Shown one piece after another: positions 21,172 through 31,338 of a stretch of 64,000 bases of DNA; the first letter of the stretch is position 1, and each line of letters starts with the position of its first letter. Under the pieces are notes generated by a model. It made no database searches, was not told the DNA's origin, and worked only from the letters and a program-made list of their open reading frames with translations. Source of the stretch: a virus (taxonomy: Duplodnaviria > Caudoviricetes); IMG/VR virus record IMGVR_UViG_3300021387_001709, positions 96,001-160,000 of that record; one strand, written 5' to 3'. The position numbers and the translations under genes are program-made.

Positions 21172-22501
21172 TTTCGTCGTCCTCCTCGTTTTCATCATTG
21201 GCAAAAACAGAATATAGATCTCTTAAATTCCTATATTGATTACTAATATCAATTCCTTTTTCTTCTAAATAATCTTTAAGATCAAGATTCTCCTAGAGAA
21301 GTATTCTATTAATCTCTTTATATGAATTACATTCTTCACGAAGTTCTTGGATGGTTTTTCTCATAGTCGCAACCATATCTGACCATTCTGACTCATCAAG
21401 AGCCAATTGCTTCATAAGAGAGGCATCGGCGATTTCTTGTACTTGCTACATACCTCGACAAGTTCCAATATCAAAACCGTTTACTTGCCCATCTCTTAAA
21501 TTTAATTCCTATATCTTTTTAAGTTTTCCGGTCCAAGTGTTTTCGCCTCTGATAGAATGTTTACTGTTCTTTAAAGAAATGCAGCTCTCTTTGGCAAGAT
21601 TATTCACGCTACTCAAAATTTGCGCTTTCATCTATTGAAGGGCTTTGATAGTGGCTATATTCTTTTCAGCATTCCTAAAATCTTGCGATAACTGAGCAAC
21701 CATGTCATCAATATTTGAAGCCTATAAAAAACCACGAACGATGGATATAATAGAAGCAGTTCTCATCATATCATCGTTGCCTTCTTCAGATGAATCTAAA
21801 AAACCTATTAACTACGAATATAAAAACGGCTAGTCGGATAGCTTTTCTTTATCAAAAGGAAGATACCCCAATAACCGCAAAGTGTCATTTTTATTTTTTT
21901 CAAATTGTTCAATAATTTCCTAGTCCTTTGGTAAAGCATTTTCCGCCATATCTTCAAGAGACATTGCGCCACCGGTATAATTGTCAGACTCTCTATAAGT
22001 CATTGTATAATAATTAACCATCTGGATATTTTTGCAATATGAAGTATAAACATTACTTTTGCCTTTCCCAGATGCTCCGTTAGCAGCTTCGAGAAGAGAT
22101 GCTTCCCATACAGTTTCCAACATTGGTTTGTTTAAAAAATACATAGCGTCGTCAACCGTTTGTTTGGTTGGTTGCTATTTTTCTCCATTAACAACTGGCA
22201 GTGCAATTTCTTCCGCACATTGCTTACATCCGTCCGTTAATCCAGATGCTTGTCCGGGAGCAGTAGAAACATAGAATTTATCTTTTGTTTTAACGTGACC
22301 ACAATGCTGACACGTAAAGAATTTACTCCCAACGCCAATCGCTTCGAGTGCTTTTATCTAATCACTAGGTTTAAGCGTATCAAACAATTCGCATAACTAA
22401 TCAATCGTCTTATCTATTTCTTTTAGGTTTGTAGTTTTACCGGCTTCCTTCGGTGAAACCGGCTTTTTCTAACCTTTTTTCACTATTCTGGTTGCAGACA
22501 A
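21143..22501 (-). CDS. pre-terminase zinc-finger protein (possible small terminase), 452 aa (12 in-frame TAG)
   Basis: RBS AGGAGG plus TTG 22501; CQHC...CKQC; continuous frame to TGA 21143 only if TAG is sense. Confidence 0.75.
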
Positions 22502-22556
22502 AACCTTTTACCTCCTTTTAATCATATTGATTTTACCATATTTATCACTGGCAAAT

Positions 22557-22625
22557 AGAATATGTACGACTCGAACGTCTCCCCTTCGTCCCAGGCGAAG
22601 TGTGCTACCATTACACCACATACTC
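22557..22625 (-). tRNA. tRNA-Pro(UGG)-like, degenerate
   Basis: GAGTATG/CATATTC acceptor, CTTCG-CCTGGGA-CGAAG anticodon arm, TTCGAGT T loop; C33 and a defective T stem. Confidence 0.6.
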
Positions 22626-22637
22626 TAAAATAATAAA

Positions 22638-22706
22638 TTTCACCCCAGGAATCGAACCCGAAGCAGAAGAGTAATAGTTACTCTCCCGCGTACCAACATG
22701 AACGAA
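22638..22706 (-). pseudogene. tRNA-like remnant with CTA at the apex of an extended stem
   Basis: T arm TCGGG-TTCGATT-CCTGG; GGAGAGTAA-CTA-TTACTCTTC hairpin; poor acceptor and D arms. Confidence 0.35.
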
Positions 22707-22808
22707 TCAATGCGTTATTAATTTAACAACATTGCAAAATGCAACCGTCATACTCCAACCGCCAAGAACGGCTACAAGGTTGCAAATAATTTTGTCGCGT
22801 AGGCGCAT
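22707..22808 (-). CDS. small hydrophobic peptide, 33 aa
   Basis: RBS AGGAGGTGA; MRLRDKIICNLVAVLGGWSMTVAFCNVVKLITH. Confidence 0.55.
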   Translation of the reverse strand: MRLRDKIICNLVAVLGGWSMTVAFCNVVKLITH

Positions 22809-22836
22809 AAACTCACCTCCTTGAAATTACTGATAG

Positions 22837-22910
22837 TAGCGAGGGCCGGCTCTGCCCCGACGATCTCCAGAACATGACTCTGGCGAGATGACTGACTTCT
22901 CTACCTCGCA
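22837..22910 (-). tRNA. tRNA with CAU anticodon, initiator-like acceptor, atypical loops
   Basis: U1xU72 mismatch, GCGAGG/CCTCGC, A11-U24, CCAGA-GTCATGT-TCTGG, T loop GGCAGAG. Confidence 0.75.
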
Positions 22911-23007
22911 TTAATAGTAGCGTATAACCATTACTTAGCTACTACCATGGTGCGCATCCACAAGTTTTTCATGTATTAGGAATAACGGCCTCGTCGGCCA
23001 AAAAATA

Positions 23008-23559
23008 TCAACCCAAAAAATCGGTATTAATAATATTGACAATAGTTTCTCTGGTGAGGGCTTTAGATCCTCTATACGTAAACTGATGATGTCCGTATTC
23101 ATCATCATAGCAGAAGCAGAAGCCGCGATTATCATCATCCACGCAAAGAGAATGAGATACATGCTCGTCTTCCTCATAAAACTCCGGCTCACCGATAATC
23201 ATTGGGAATACATCGCCATCAACATGAGGATAGTCCTCAATATAATCATAGGCATAATCCGAATCAATAAAGTAATAGTCTGCCTCACAATATACAAACA
23301 TCTTATCCCCCACATATTTCTCGGGGTCTGTAAACGCCGGCTGTACCCAAATAGTACGCTCATCAATGCTAATAATATACGGCCCATTATCTTCTTCCGT
23401 GAATTCGGAACAATCACCGAGTTCGCAACCGAAGCGGATTCCAATATTGATAAAGTCCCTAGCATCGTCATAATCGGCGATAATTGCAAATCTCAATTCA
23501 TCGTCCCAATAATCATTAAAGAAACAATCAACGTCTCTGATAATTTCAACATTTCTCAT
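23008..23559 (-). CDS. acidic hypothetical protein
   Basis: ORF with RBS, no TAG. Confidence 0.7.
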   Translation of the reverse strand: MRNVEIIRDVDCFFNDYWDDELRFAIIADYDDARDFINIGIRFGCELGDCSEFTEEDNGPYIISIDERTIWVQPAFTDPEKYVGDKMFVYCEADYYFIDSDYAYDYIEDYPHVDGDVFPMIIGEPEFYEEDEHVSHSLCVDDDNRGFCFCYDDEYGHHQFTYRGSKALTRETIVNIINTDFLG

Positions 23560-23596
23560 AATAATCCATCCTTTTAATCATAGCGGTCAAGTAAAG

Positions 23597-24814
23597 TCAA
23601 TCCTTAAACTTAACATCATATATACAATCAAGACCCTCTTTCTCGTCAATAACAAGAACAGTCTGCTCGGGGTAGTTATTTAATCGCTTGCTAATTGCAA
23701 ACGAATCGGTGCCGGACAAACAGCCGGTTTGCACAACTTTAACGTTGCTCCTTGTCATATAAGCATTGGTGTGGCGATGACCCAGGAGAATTAAATTGAA
23801 CTTAATCCCCGTCAGCTGAATAAGGTTATCAATAACATTATCCGGGGTATCTTTATCGCCGTGAACAAACGCCACGTTTATACCGCGAACGGCAAACATC
23901 GCAATACCTTGTTCAATGTCGTTAGTGTGGAAAGTGACATTCTTAAAATTCTGAAGTTTGGCACTCAAGAACGGAATCACCAAATTATCAAAATTCTCAT
24001 GATCGAGACTTTCTTTAATGTTGGGAGTAATTCGTGAGTGATTCCCAGGCGCTACATATACATTTACTTCATTAAATCTATAGCTAAGTGCCGCAATAAA
24101 ATCGGCAACATAATCCATCACCATAAGAAACTGGTCAATCAAATCTTGGTTATTCTCGATCCTAAGCGTAGAATGGATTGCCCCGGAAATAAGCTCACTA
24201 AGCAACACGTAGGCATTCTGACAACCATTGGTGAGTTGTATTTCGAATATACGGTCAAGATAGTGATTTAACCGTTTCTTCAATACATCCTCGTTATACT
24301 CATTCCAAAAGTTATTAATATTAATGCCGGCATGGACATCACTCAACGGAATAATCATATCCTTATCAGAAGTAATAGCACCGTGAAAACGAGCATTTTC
24401 CTCGTACTCCAGAGCGTGAGAATCCGTAGCTTCTTTAATAGAGCGAACAATTTGCTCCATATAGGATTCTTTCCTCGCTTGTTCACGAAGTAATCGCCTA
24501 TACTCATTGCGCTCATCGCGAACTTTGATACGCTCCTTCTCAAGTTCTCGGCGAAGTTCACGCAGCTCCTCAGCATCCGCAGATTGAGTAGCATCACCAA
24601 AATCTTCGCGGAATTTGCGAACCAGCGCATACTTCTTCCTAAAAACTGAATCTGTCACGTACTCGTCAGGGTTATCATTGAGTTCCTTATTAATACACTC
24701 GGCCAATTCGGGCCAAGTCATATCAATAAGTCCTTCATATTTTTTATCACCCAGTCGGGTAATGTATTGGAGTTCTGTTTCTCCAGGTAAACGTTTGGTA
24801 ATTGATTCTATCAT
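23597..24814 (-). CDS. calcineurin-like metallophosphoesterase (SPbeta YonJ-like)
   Basis: SDVHAG, GNHSR, HGDKD, GHRH motifs. Confidence 0.82.
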   Translation of the reverse strand: MIESITKRLPGETELQYITRLGDKKYEGLIDMTWPELAECINKELNDNPDEYVTDSVFRKKYALVRKFREDFGDATQSADAEELRELRRELEKERIKVRDERNEYRRLLREQARKESYMEQIVRSIKEATDSHALEYEENARFHGAITSDKDMIIPLSDVHAGININNFWNEYNEDVLKKRLNHYLDRIFEIQLTNGCQNAYVLLSELISGAIHSTLRIENNQDLIDQFLMVMDYVADFIAALSYRFNEVNVYVAPGNHSRITPNIKESLDHENFDNLVIPFLSAKLQNFKNVTFHTNDIEQGIAMFAVRGINVAFVHGDKDTPDNVIDNLIQLTGIKFNLILLGHRHTNAYMTRSNVKVVQTGCLSGTDSFAISKRLNNYPEQTVLVIDEKEGLDCIYDVKFKD

Positions 24815-24831
24815 TAATTACCTCCCGCGAA

Positions 24832-25053
24832 TCATTCCTCATCTTCGAAGGAATCCGTCAAATCCATCTCGTCCTTAGTAGAAATACTCACATCAATAGC
24901 CTCGCCGCGAAACGGCTTAAAACAATCCAGAATAGAAATTGTCTTAGACTCGGCGTCGCCGTTAATATACTCAAGGGTAGTACCATCCGCCGAAAGAGTG
25001 CCCTTGATGTTGAACTTCGAGTTAACAAGTTTCTTATACTTATAATTCTGCAT
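24832..25053 (-). CDS. YonK-like small protein
   Basis: IKGTL...FRGEAIDVSI pattern and position. Confidence 0.55.
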   Translation of the reverse strand: MQNYKYKKLVNSKFNIKGTLSADGTTLEYINGDAESKTISILDCFKPFRGEAIDVSISTKDEMDLTDSFEDEE

Positions 25054-25087
25054 AGTTTATTTCTCCTTTTAATCCTTTAATAAATAA

Positions 25088-25393
25088 TCAATTAAGTTTC
25101 ACCGAGGCGCCGGAAGTTTTCGCAGCGTAATCTCTGGTGCTTCTAATAGTAGCGAGTAACACATCCATTGCCTGAGTCGGCTTAAACCCGGCTTTGACTA
25201 AAGCATCATACTTTTTCTTATAATGAGTAGCTTCAACCATATAGTACTCATCATTACCGACCAAATCTTTATACATGGTAAGAAGTTCCCCTCCCACAGA
25301 ATAAATAATCGGCTTAGCGGTTTGAATAACTCGGGTAATCGCAGAATTAATTTCATCTGGATTACTCATCAATGCTTGTAATAGTTCTTCCAT
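25088..25393 (-). CDS. hypothetical protein
   Basis: ORF with RBS. Confidence 0.65.
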   Translation of the reverse strand: MEELLQALMSNPDEINSAITRVIQTAKPIIYSVGGELLTMYKDLVGNDEYYMVEATHYKKKYDALVKAGFKPTQAMDVLLATIRSTRDYAAKTSGASVKLN

Positions 25394-25462
25394 AATCCTT
25401 TTATCTCCTTAAAAATACTGCGGAAATCCCCATCCCGAAATCTCCGCAGCTATATCAATATA

Positions 25463-26077
25463 TTATGCAAGTACCTCATCAAGGGTACAATCGATACCAA
25501 TTATCTTATCAACAACACCAAGTTCCTTGGCTTCGGTAGAATACATATAGTATTCTTGTTCAAAGATACTGTCATAAAATTCTCCGGTCATCTTTGTACG
25601 ATCAAGAACAAACTTTTTATTCTCATTTTCCATATTTTCGAAGAAATTCATGGTGTCACGCGCTTTTTTTGAACTGTTGGAAATACTAATAGTCCCATCA
25701 TGCTGGAGATAAATTGTATTTTTAAAACCAACGCGTTCATGACAAGCCAAAAAGACATGATAGCAAGCGGAAGCAACCAGAGATAATCCAATGCCGATAA
25801 CAGGCGTTTTACTCTGGAGAATTACGTCCGCGACATTCTGCGCAACAAACGTGTCTCCACCGACGCTACTGAACAATATTTTAATCGGCTTACGCTTTTC
25901 GACCGGGATATCAACGTCATCCATATTCCATTTGAGAATATACATCACAACGTTTTCTACCATGTTATCATCAACTTCTTCATTAAAAACGAGAATTCTT
26001 TTATTTAAGAACTCCCGGTATAATTCATCATATGTGTCCGACTGAGAGCCGGAAATCGGCAGTATAAAATCATTCAT
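25463..26077 (-). CDS. clpP: ClpP-like protease subunit
   Basis: PIKILFSSVGGD, VASAC (Ser), LQHDG (His), EAKELGVVDKI. Confidence 0.85.
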   Translation of the reverse strand: MNDFILPISGSQSDTYDELYREFLNKRILVFNEEVDDNMVENVVMYILKWNMDDVDIPVEKRKPIKILFSSVGGDTFVAQNVADVILQSKTPVIGIGLSLVASACYHVFLACHERVGFKNTIYLQHDGTISISNSSKKARDTMNFFENMENENKKFVLDRTKMTGEFYDSIFEQEYYMYSTEAKELGVVDKIIGIDCTLDEVLA

Positions 26078-26104
26078 ATATAATTTACCCCCGTTAGTTA
26101 TTAA

Positions 26105-26413
26105 TTATTCCTCGCTCATTGCCTTAAGACGAGCCTCGACCTCACGGCGAACTCGTTCTTCAAAATCGGCCTCACGGTCACGCTTACGAGTCTCCATGAT
26201 CTTGTCAAGAGATGCCTGAAATTCAGGTGTATCTTCGAAAACAAAGACCGATCTTTTCTTTTCACTATCTGCGGCATCTGCCTTAATGTCAATAATTCTG
26301 TGACCCTCACGCAGAAGCTGGCGGGCAATATAACTCTTTTTAATAACCTTGCCCTTAGGGGTATTTTGTGTTTCTGTAGTTGTAGCATCTTGTTTAATTG
26401 TTCTGATTTCCAT
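26105..26413 (-). CDS. hypothetical protein
   Basis: ARQLLREGHRIIDIK...SVFVFE pattern. Confidence 0.65.
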   Translation of the reverse strand: MEIRTIKQDATTTETQNTPKGKVIKKSYIARQLLREGHRIIDIKADAADSEKKRSVFVFEDTPEFQASLDKIMETRKRDREADFEERVRREVEARLKAMSEE

Positions 26414-26449
26414 AATCGTTTTCTCCTTTTAATTCATATTTATATATTA

Positions 26450-27655
26450 TCAAAAATACATATTTGCAAACATCTTGGAAGTAGTAGATCTAACATCCTC
26501 TTCCAAATATATACAACCAAATTTCGGATTTCCTTTAAAGAAATTACACATCTTAATTAGCGAATTCTCTTTAGTATTTAGTATTTCACTCTGCTTGTAA
26601 TCCCCGCTAAATATTATTCGGCTTTCTTCCCCAAGACGAGTACCGATTAACCTAATCTGTTTTTCAGTTAAATCTTCGCTTTCCTCGCATATCATATATT
26701 GAGAAATAAAAGTCCTACCTTTAATATAATGCGGAGTTATTACTTCCAGTTGACCTCTCTGTTGAAGAGTATTAAACTCAAATTCTTTCCCATTTAATTG
26801 CTCCTCAATTGGCTTGAAATACAATCCGATTTTCTCATCTAATGTGCCGGGTAAATACCCACTCTCTCTGCCGGATGAAATGGGTTCCCTACAAACAGTA
26901 ATTCCTTGTTGATAACCTTTTTCTTGTACGGCATAAACACCATACCTTACACTTAAATAATCCTTCCCGCCGCCCGGTGTTCCCAGCAACGCACATATGG
27001 TTATATTCTGATTATTAAGTAAGTCCAGCGCACATCTTTGGAGAGAGTTCTTCCCCTTTATTATTTTTGACGGCGGTAACTTCAACGGTACAAACATTGA
27101 ACCGTCAAACCGCATTTCCTTAATAGAATCGTCGTCTGTATTATTAATAATGATATACTCATTTGTATACCATTTAGAATAGTCTAAGTTATTCATATAG
27201 TTATTAATATACTCGGTATCTCCGGTAATCTTAACGTATCCCTTATAAATTTCATCCTGATGTTCGAATTCCTCAACGTCTAATCCAAACACTTGCTCGG
27301 CAATTACGCGACATCCCACATCAAAAGTAATAAATCTAATCGGGATTACATTAGTAGAATACCACGCCGCACACGCACAAATAATATTATCCGGCGTCTC
27401 GGGTATATTGTAAGAATTGATTAATTCCTTAATGGAATTATTATAGACAATGACCTCATATTGATCTTTATGTTCGTTTAAGAATCGAATTGCCTTACGC
27501 GCGGCAGAACGAACGTCGTCCGCCTTAGACCGGCTACTTTTAATTTCTTCGAGTTCAAACAGCGTTTTATCAGAAATGATAAACGACATCTCATCAAAGT
27601 AGTCCGGATTCTCAATCAACACATTAGTGTCGAGAAATAGTTTTGCATCGCTCAC
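26450..27655 (-). CDS. phoH: PIN-domain PhoH family ATPase
   Basis: LDTNVL PIN start, GTPGGGKD, GYLPG, IKGRTF, TRLGEES, GDYKQ. Confidence 0.88.
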   Translation of the reverse strand: MSDAKLFLDTNVLIENPDYFDEMSFIISDKTLFELEEIKSSRSKADDVRSAARKAIRFLNEHKDQYEVIVYNNSIKELINSYNIPETPDNIICACAAWYSTNVIPIRFITFDVGCRVIAEQVFGLDVEEFEHQDEIYKGYVKITGDTEYINNYMNNLDYSKWYTNEYIIINNTDDDSIKEMRFDGSMFVPLKLPPSKIIKGKNSLQRCALDLLNNQNITICALLGTPGGGKDYLSVRYGVYAVQEKGYQQGITVCREPISSGRESGYLPGTLDEKIGLYFKPIEEQLNGKEFEFNTLQQRGQLEVITPHYIKGRTFISQYMICEESEDLTEKQIRLIGTRLGEESRIIFSGDYKQSEILNTKENSLIKMCNFFKGNPKFGCIYLEEDVRSTTSKMFANMYF

Positions 27656-27678
27656 GGCTCAAACCCCCTTGCGGAATA

Positions 27679-27864
27679 TTATCTTGTAAACGTAGTAACG
27701 GTTTTGGAGTTTCTGTACTCATCAAGTAACCGCATCGATTTTGGGGACGTAGTCAAATAGTAGCGTTTTGCCTTAGCATGATGCGTTGCGCTACTCATAT
27801 GGACATCATGACCGCGATTTTTGCTTCTTAAAAATTTTGCCTCATCAGCAGAAATTTTAATCAA
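27679..27864 (-). CDS. hypothetical protein
   Basis: ORF with RBS. Confidence 0.6.
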   Translation of the reverse strand: MIKISADEAKFLRSKNRGHDVHMSSATHHAKAKRYYLTTSPKSMRLLDEYRNSKTVTTFTR

Positions 27865-27902
27865 ATAATTTCACATCCTTATAATATATTTTTGGTTTTA
27901 CA

Positions 27903-27935
27903 AAAAAATAAAGGGAGTGTTGTTTCACTCCCTTT
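27903..27935 (-). terminator. intrinsic terminator after HU gene
   Basis: AAAGGGAGTG/CACTCCCTTT stem plus T-run. Confidence 0.6.
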
Positions 27936-27956
27936 AATAAATAATCAAATAAAAAA

Positions 27957-28232
27957 TTATGCGTTAACAGCTTCCTTTACGCTTGCACCAAATTTTACCT
28001 TCGGCGCTTCTTTAGCCGGAATAGCAAGAGGTTCGCCATTCTGCGGATTGCGTCCGGTATAAGCGTCTTTGTGAACCGTATAGAACTTCATACCGGTAAA
28101 CGGAGTAACGCCGTCCTCGGTCTTCATAGCCTCTACAATAGCCTCGCCGACACCGACAAGAACTTCCCTCATATCCTTCTGGGAAAGATTACATTTAGCT
28201 GCGCAAAGTTTTACAAAATCAAGTTTCTTCAT
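27957..28232 (-). CDS. hup: HU-like DNA-binding protein
   Basis: GRNPQNGEPLAIPAK..PKVKFGASVKEAVN. Confidence 0.9.
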   Translation of the reverse strand: MKKLDFVKLCAAKCNLSQKDMREVLVGVGEAIVEAMKTEDGVTPFTGMKFYTVHKDAYTGRNPQNGEPLAIPAKEAPKVKFGASVKEAVNA

Positions 28233-28393
28233 AATATAGTTCTCCTTTTTTTCCTTAATATAATTGTATAATTGAATTTACGCCATTCTCGGCAATATAG
28301 CGTAAATGTAGTAAACATAAGGGTTTATGATCCCTCATGAGGTGACGATATGGCAATCCCCAAAACCCTTATATTTACTGGGTTTTTAATACT

Positions 28394-31338
28394 TCATTTT
28401 TTCTTATGTGATCCCACATTTTTAGGCAATTCCTTTTTAAAACAAGACAAAAACACCTTCGGATTTACTTCGTATAATACCTTCATAAGTATTGATTTAT
28501 TTTTATCAGTCTTTCTGGCTATAGTGTCGGCTTGTCCCTTAACAGAAGGAGATAGCGAAAATGCCCTATTGATTAAATAGCATACTAAATCTTTATATTT
28601 CATACTCATGCGGATTTGTCTAATGTCATTGATTAAATCATCAAAATCACTTCTTGCCAAAAGAAACTCCTTCTCGTATTCTCCGTCTTCTATATATCCG
28701 TCGCGGATTGTATCATAGAATTTAATAGAGTATTTCTCAATCAACTCCTCAATTTTACGGCTTACTTTTCTATCCCCTTTAAATGGGATATGCTCCATAA
28801 AGTCCCACAAGTCAACAGTATCTTTAGTAAACTTGGATTTATCTATTTTGAGGTCTGCTAAATAATTCATAGGGCAGTGAAGATCATAATTTATTTTATC
28901 CGCAGAAAATCCTCTTTTGATAATACGCCAAAATTTCGGATAACCGTTAGTGTCTATATCCATGTCTTTCTGAATACGTGCAATCTCGTCCGAAATAGAA
29001 ATATCAAATTGGCGCTTCGCGGAATCAATAGCCGCCTGGGCTATAACGCTAAGGATTGCCACATAGTCGTCATATTTCCTATCATGGAACGTATATGAAT
29101 AAGTCTGGGCAAGCTGGGCGAGGTTGGATGATAACCCTATATCAAGCTGCGATTTTGCCAGTGCGTTATCAATCGCCGCATAATCGTCCATAGTATTATT
29201 GTATTTGTTAGTGTCCTTAGGAATATTATTAACAATAGTAGGATAGGTTCTATAGCAATACTCCGCATGACGGACAATGTCCGGTTGATTAGTAACATAC
29301 ATTGAATCGCTGTCCTGATCTGCAATTCTTATTAATGAGGCTCTTTATCCTCATGCCGGAATTTCTCCCGGGATTGGACTATCTCTTCACCAATGATTTA
29401 TCATTACGGTGTTCCGCACTCGTGTTCAAAATCTTTTTCGTCAGATTTTGATTAGTCTCTAAACTTGTGTTGCCTACTTTAACCGAATTCGGCAACCTTA
29501 GTAATTGATTGGCATACGGCGAATTCTCACCGGTTAGCGTTCCAATTTTCACGGAATAGTTTTTGAACCGGGTTTCCCCGGAACCGGCCCAGTTAGACAA
29601 AGCCATTGCAACGATCTTGTACATCTGTACCAATCATATTGACCGCAATTATCTGGTCACTAAACTTAAAATACTTTTTCATCCTATCATCATAATGATT
29701 ATGCATATGCATCATGTTAAACTTGCCGTTAAACGGACTACGAAATCCCGCCAAATATTCGTCATCATCAAATCGGCTGGTATAGCACTGAACAGTTCCT
29801 TGCTCCTTGAGCAATGTATTATCTAAATCTACATCATCCGGATTACCGGTAGCTGCGTACAACAACATAGCATACGGCGATCCAACAATGACAAGATTGT
29901 CTGCATTTTGGATAAGTTTACCGCTTTTGATATTTTTAACATAGTTATAAATTATGTATTTCTTTCTGTCGCGGTAATACGAACACCGGGTAAACTCCTG
30001 ATTCCATTCACATAACGCCAAAAGTACGGCGTAGTCATTTGCGAAGTTTATATTCTTTCTTAGGTAATCATGAAATACAGCCTCGTCATTTTTTAACTGC
30101 TGAATGTAATTAACTGTTTCGGCACATACAGCGTCCATTGTATCCTCGTCTAACGAATTTATAACTTGATACGACATCCTCTGATAGTTACCTAGTTTAC
30201 TGGGATGAGAATACTTCACCACGCCAAACCGACACCCGTTTGACTCAACCCATTTACACCAATAATCATACGACAGATCAAACTTAATCCATTTGACGGC
30301 GTTGTTGGTAGTAATTAACTCTATATCTTTAACATAATGATCATTACCCCAAATGTCCTTCACAGTATATGTGGCGTAATCCTCACCGTGTTCCTCACAC
30401 CAATCTCGGAAGAATTGTTTTATATTTGCATGAAACGCAGCCATCTTAGTAAAGTGATGGCGTAACAACACATATCCATTCGCCCACTCCGGAAACACTG
30501 AATCATCAATCAACGCCTGACCGTCAAACAATTCGTTACTTAGTTCATATTCATCCAGCCATTTTGCATAACAATGGCGACGCTCATCAGTTTCTATAGT
30601 AACAACATCTCGCGTGAAATACCGCTTGACATCATTAAGCACCAATATATTACGAGGATTAATAATTGCATAGCCAACAATCCCACTGGCAACCAGTGGA
30701 GCATAAGCAGATATCTCTACAATAGGTGCATTTGTTGCAGGCAGTTTAATCCCCATATAGAGGAAATTCCGCGCTTTATCAAACAATTCATCACGGATAA
30801 ACATACAGCTACCTTTTTTAGCTTTACCCGTGGAGCGGAAGAGCATTTTGTAATGGATGACTTCTTCCTTATATATAGTACCGTCTTTTTTCCGCGACAC
30901 GTACTTTACGTCAACACCATTATTATAGTAATCACTACGAACCCGATCTTTCATCCGCCGAGTGTATTGATCCTTATTCTCGTAGGTAGCTTCGAATAAT
31001 TGATTGAGTTTGGCAATTTTGTTTTTAGCCTTGGCAATCAAATATTCGTCATCTTTGACCACGGCACTCCGGTATTCGTTACGGGCAGTTTTCAGTGTTT
31101 TATATAAGTGGTCGATTTCGTCCCGGTAAGATCTAGTCTTGAAGTTAAACTCCAAACCAATCACATCCCGTGTGGCACCACTGTTGCTAACGAATAGCCC
31201 GTTCTCCATTAAGAAGTCGAGGAACAAGCTATTTACCAACATCGCCCGTTTATACTCAAAGTGATCGCGTAATCCCAAATTATACTCATAATTTGTACTG
31301 GCTTCTATATTTTTAATTTCAACTCCGTACTCGCTGAT
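28394..31338 (-). CDS. yonO: YonO-like single-chain RNA polymerase; exons 29601-31338 and 28394-29322; probable ATC start; no TAG
   Basis: RSTGKAKKG, DGQALID, FRSP, spliced catalytic RCNGSDQDSD, AIDSAKR; adjacent to HU as in SPbeta. Confidence 0.85.
29323..29600 (-). mobile_element. group I intron, ORF-less, 278 nt, in RNAP active-site motif
   Basis: P1 GGCU/GGCC with U.G, R AGAGACUA, S AGAGAUAGUCC, terminal G 29323. Confidence 0.88.

Noticed and set aside
5697-22501. Structural genes as pseudogenes of a decayed prophage
   Set aside because: All breaks are TAG, there are no frameshifts, motifs are intact and a CUA tRNA is present
29379-29633. 84-aa ORF within the polymerase intron
   Set aside because: Overlaps the ribozyme core and has no endonuclease motif
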